Assembly (NCBI RefSeq): GCF_009914755.1
Contig: NC_060935.1
Direction: 5' to 3' (one strand)
DNA length: 64,000 bases
Source of the DNA: the human T2T-CHM13v2.0 reference genome, Homo sapiens
Shown here: positions 62,890 to 64,000 of the stretch, piece by piece
How positions within the stretch are numbered: the first letter of the stretch is position 1
Layout: every line of letters begins with the position of its first letter
Translations under genes and position numbers: made by a program
Notes under the pieces: generated by a model
The model's input: the letters and a program-made list of their open reading frames with translations, nothing else
Told to the model about the DNA's origin: nothing
The model's database searches: none

Positions 62890-64000
62890 TCACATATTCC
62901 ACAACCAGCAGCATGCTAAATACTATAGGAGTTAACAAAAAAATCATTAAGACATAACCCCATCCTCTAAGAAATACAATGTTTGTAGAAATAGGGTAAG
63001 AAATACACTGTAATTGTGTATAATTTAGATGTTGATCAGTATTTTAGTAACACTTTATAATACTTTTCGATCATTAAATTTTGAATTTCTTGTAAATTTT
63101 CAACAGAGTATCTGTTTTGCATTCCTTACTTGGTGGAGGTAGAATGAGAGCCAATGATTCTTCACCATCACACAGCCGGTTATCAAGATAGGTAAGCCAA
63201 AAGCTTAAGTCTCTTGATTCATAGGCAGAATGCTTTCATTTATACTGTTCTGAGATATAATTTAGCACCAAAAATCTATTGTAAATGCTATTGTTAATAA
63301 TAATAAAAACTGACCAATGAATGAAATTCTGTTCTCTAGCACAGTTATATATATTTTAATAAAACATATATAAAATATATAAAATATATAATATATACAT
63401 TGTAATAAAACAAAACCTTACTCTAAGAGAAAGATTATGGCCATCCTTATTAGAATTTTTAAATAATGAAAGTCTTTCTACAAGAGTAGGATATTCTAAA
63501 GAATGGAGACTACATCATATTCTTCATTTTATCCTCAGTACATGGCACTTAGTAAGAGGTAAATATTTATTAAAGACCACTGCACTTTTCTGTAAGCCTG
63601 GCTGATTCCTTATGAAATTCAAACACTCAAAGTGTTCATATGCTTTCATCAATAAATATAATTAGTCTGACACTCTAAAAGAAAATGTGCTAGCTTAGTT
63701 ATTTAGGCAAAATATTTCTTCCATGAATTAACAGAGTTAATGCTAAATATGCTTTGCTATTGGTAATTTAGAAGGTTGATTTTATCAATAGGTGAAATAG
63801 GTATGCTAGAGTCTTGTGATTTCATCTGCCTAATATTGAAGTATGCTTGGAATTTCAACAACAAAGAATTACTCTGTGGATAAAAGATATCTACTTCTGC
63901 CCAAAGCAGCATAATAATCCATATCCACCATGCAAACCTCAAGGTTAGATATAAAATCAACTTGATTTTGATAATTAACCAAATCCATATAAGAAAGTAT

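Overview
This is AT-rich catarrhine primate (human/ape-like) genomic DNA, probably intergenic or deep-intronic. AluY, THE1, MSTA, Hsmar1 and MLT2A/HERV-L elements support that origin. I find no intact host protein-coding gene; almost every long ORF in the track is retroelement or transposon debris. Main contents: a THE1 MaLR provirus (1-1972, -); a two-LTR MLT1C-type MaLR provirus (~7000-9700, -); a near full-length Hsmar1 mariner (11540-12829); an L1PB 3' part; an internally deleted MSTA provirus and a MER52/LTR27-family solo LTR nested in one MIR; a HERV-L provirus (26381-32193) with gag/pro/RT/RNaseH/IN/dUTPase remnants and an AluY in pol; several old L1s; about 11 Alus; and an RPL18 processed pseudogene (61972-62870) with an Alu at its stop codon. 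I cannot support a new multi-gene system. The signals worth follow-up are structural: a ~290-bp templated copy of nearby DNA inside an LTR, an Alu with twin-priming-like 5' inversion, two Alus 33 kb apart sharing an apparently non-consensus left-arm haplotype, an orphan CpG-island-like RPL18 retrocopy+Alu, complementary lesions in the two HERV-L LTRs around a DUX4-like motif, and a candidate 18-nt microexon. Subfamily names come from my recall of consensus sequences, and boundaries of old elements are approximate.
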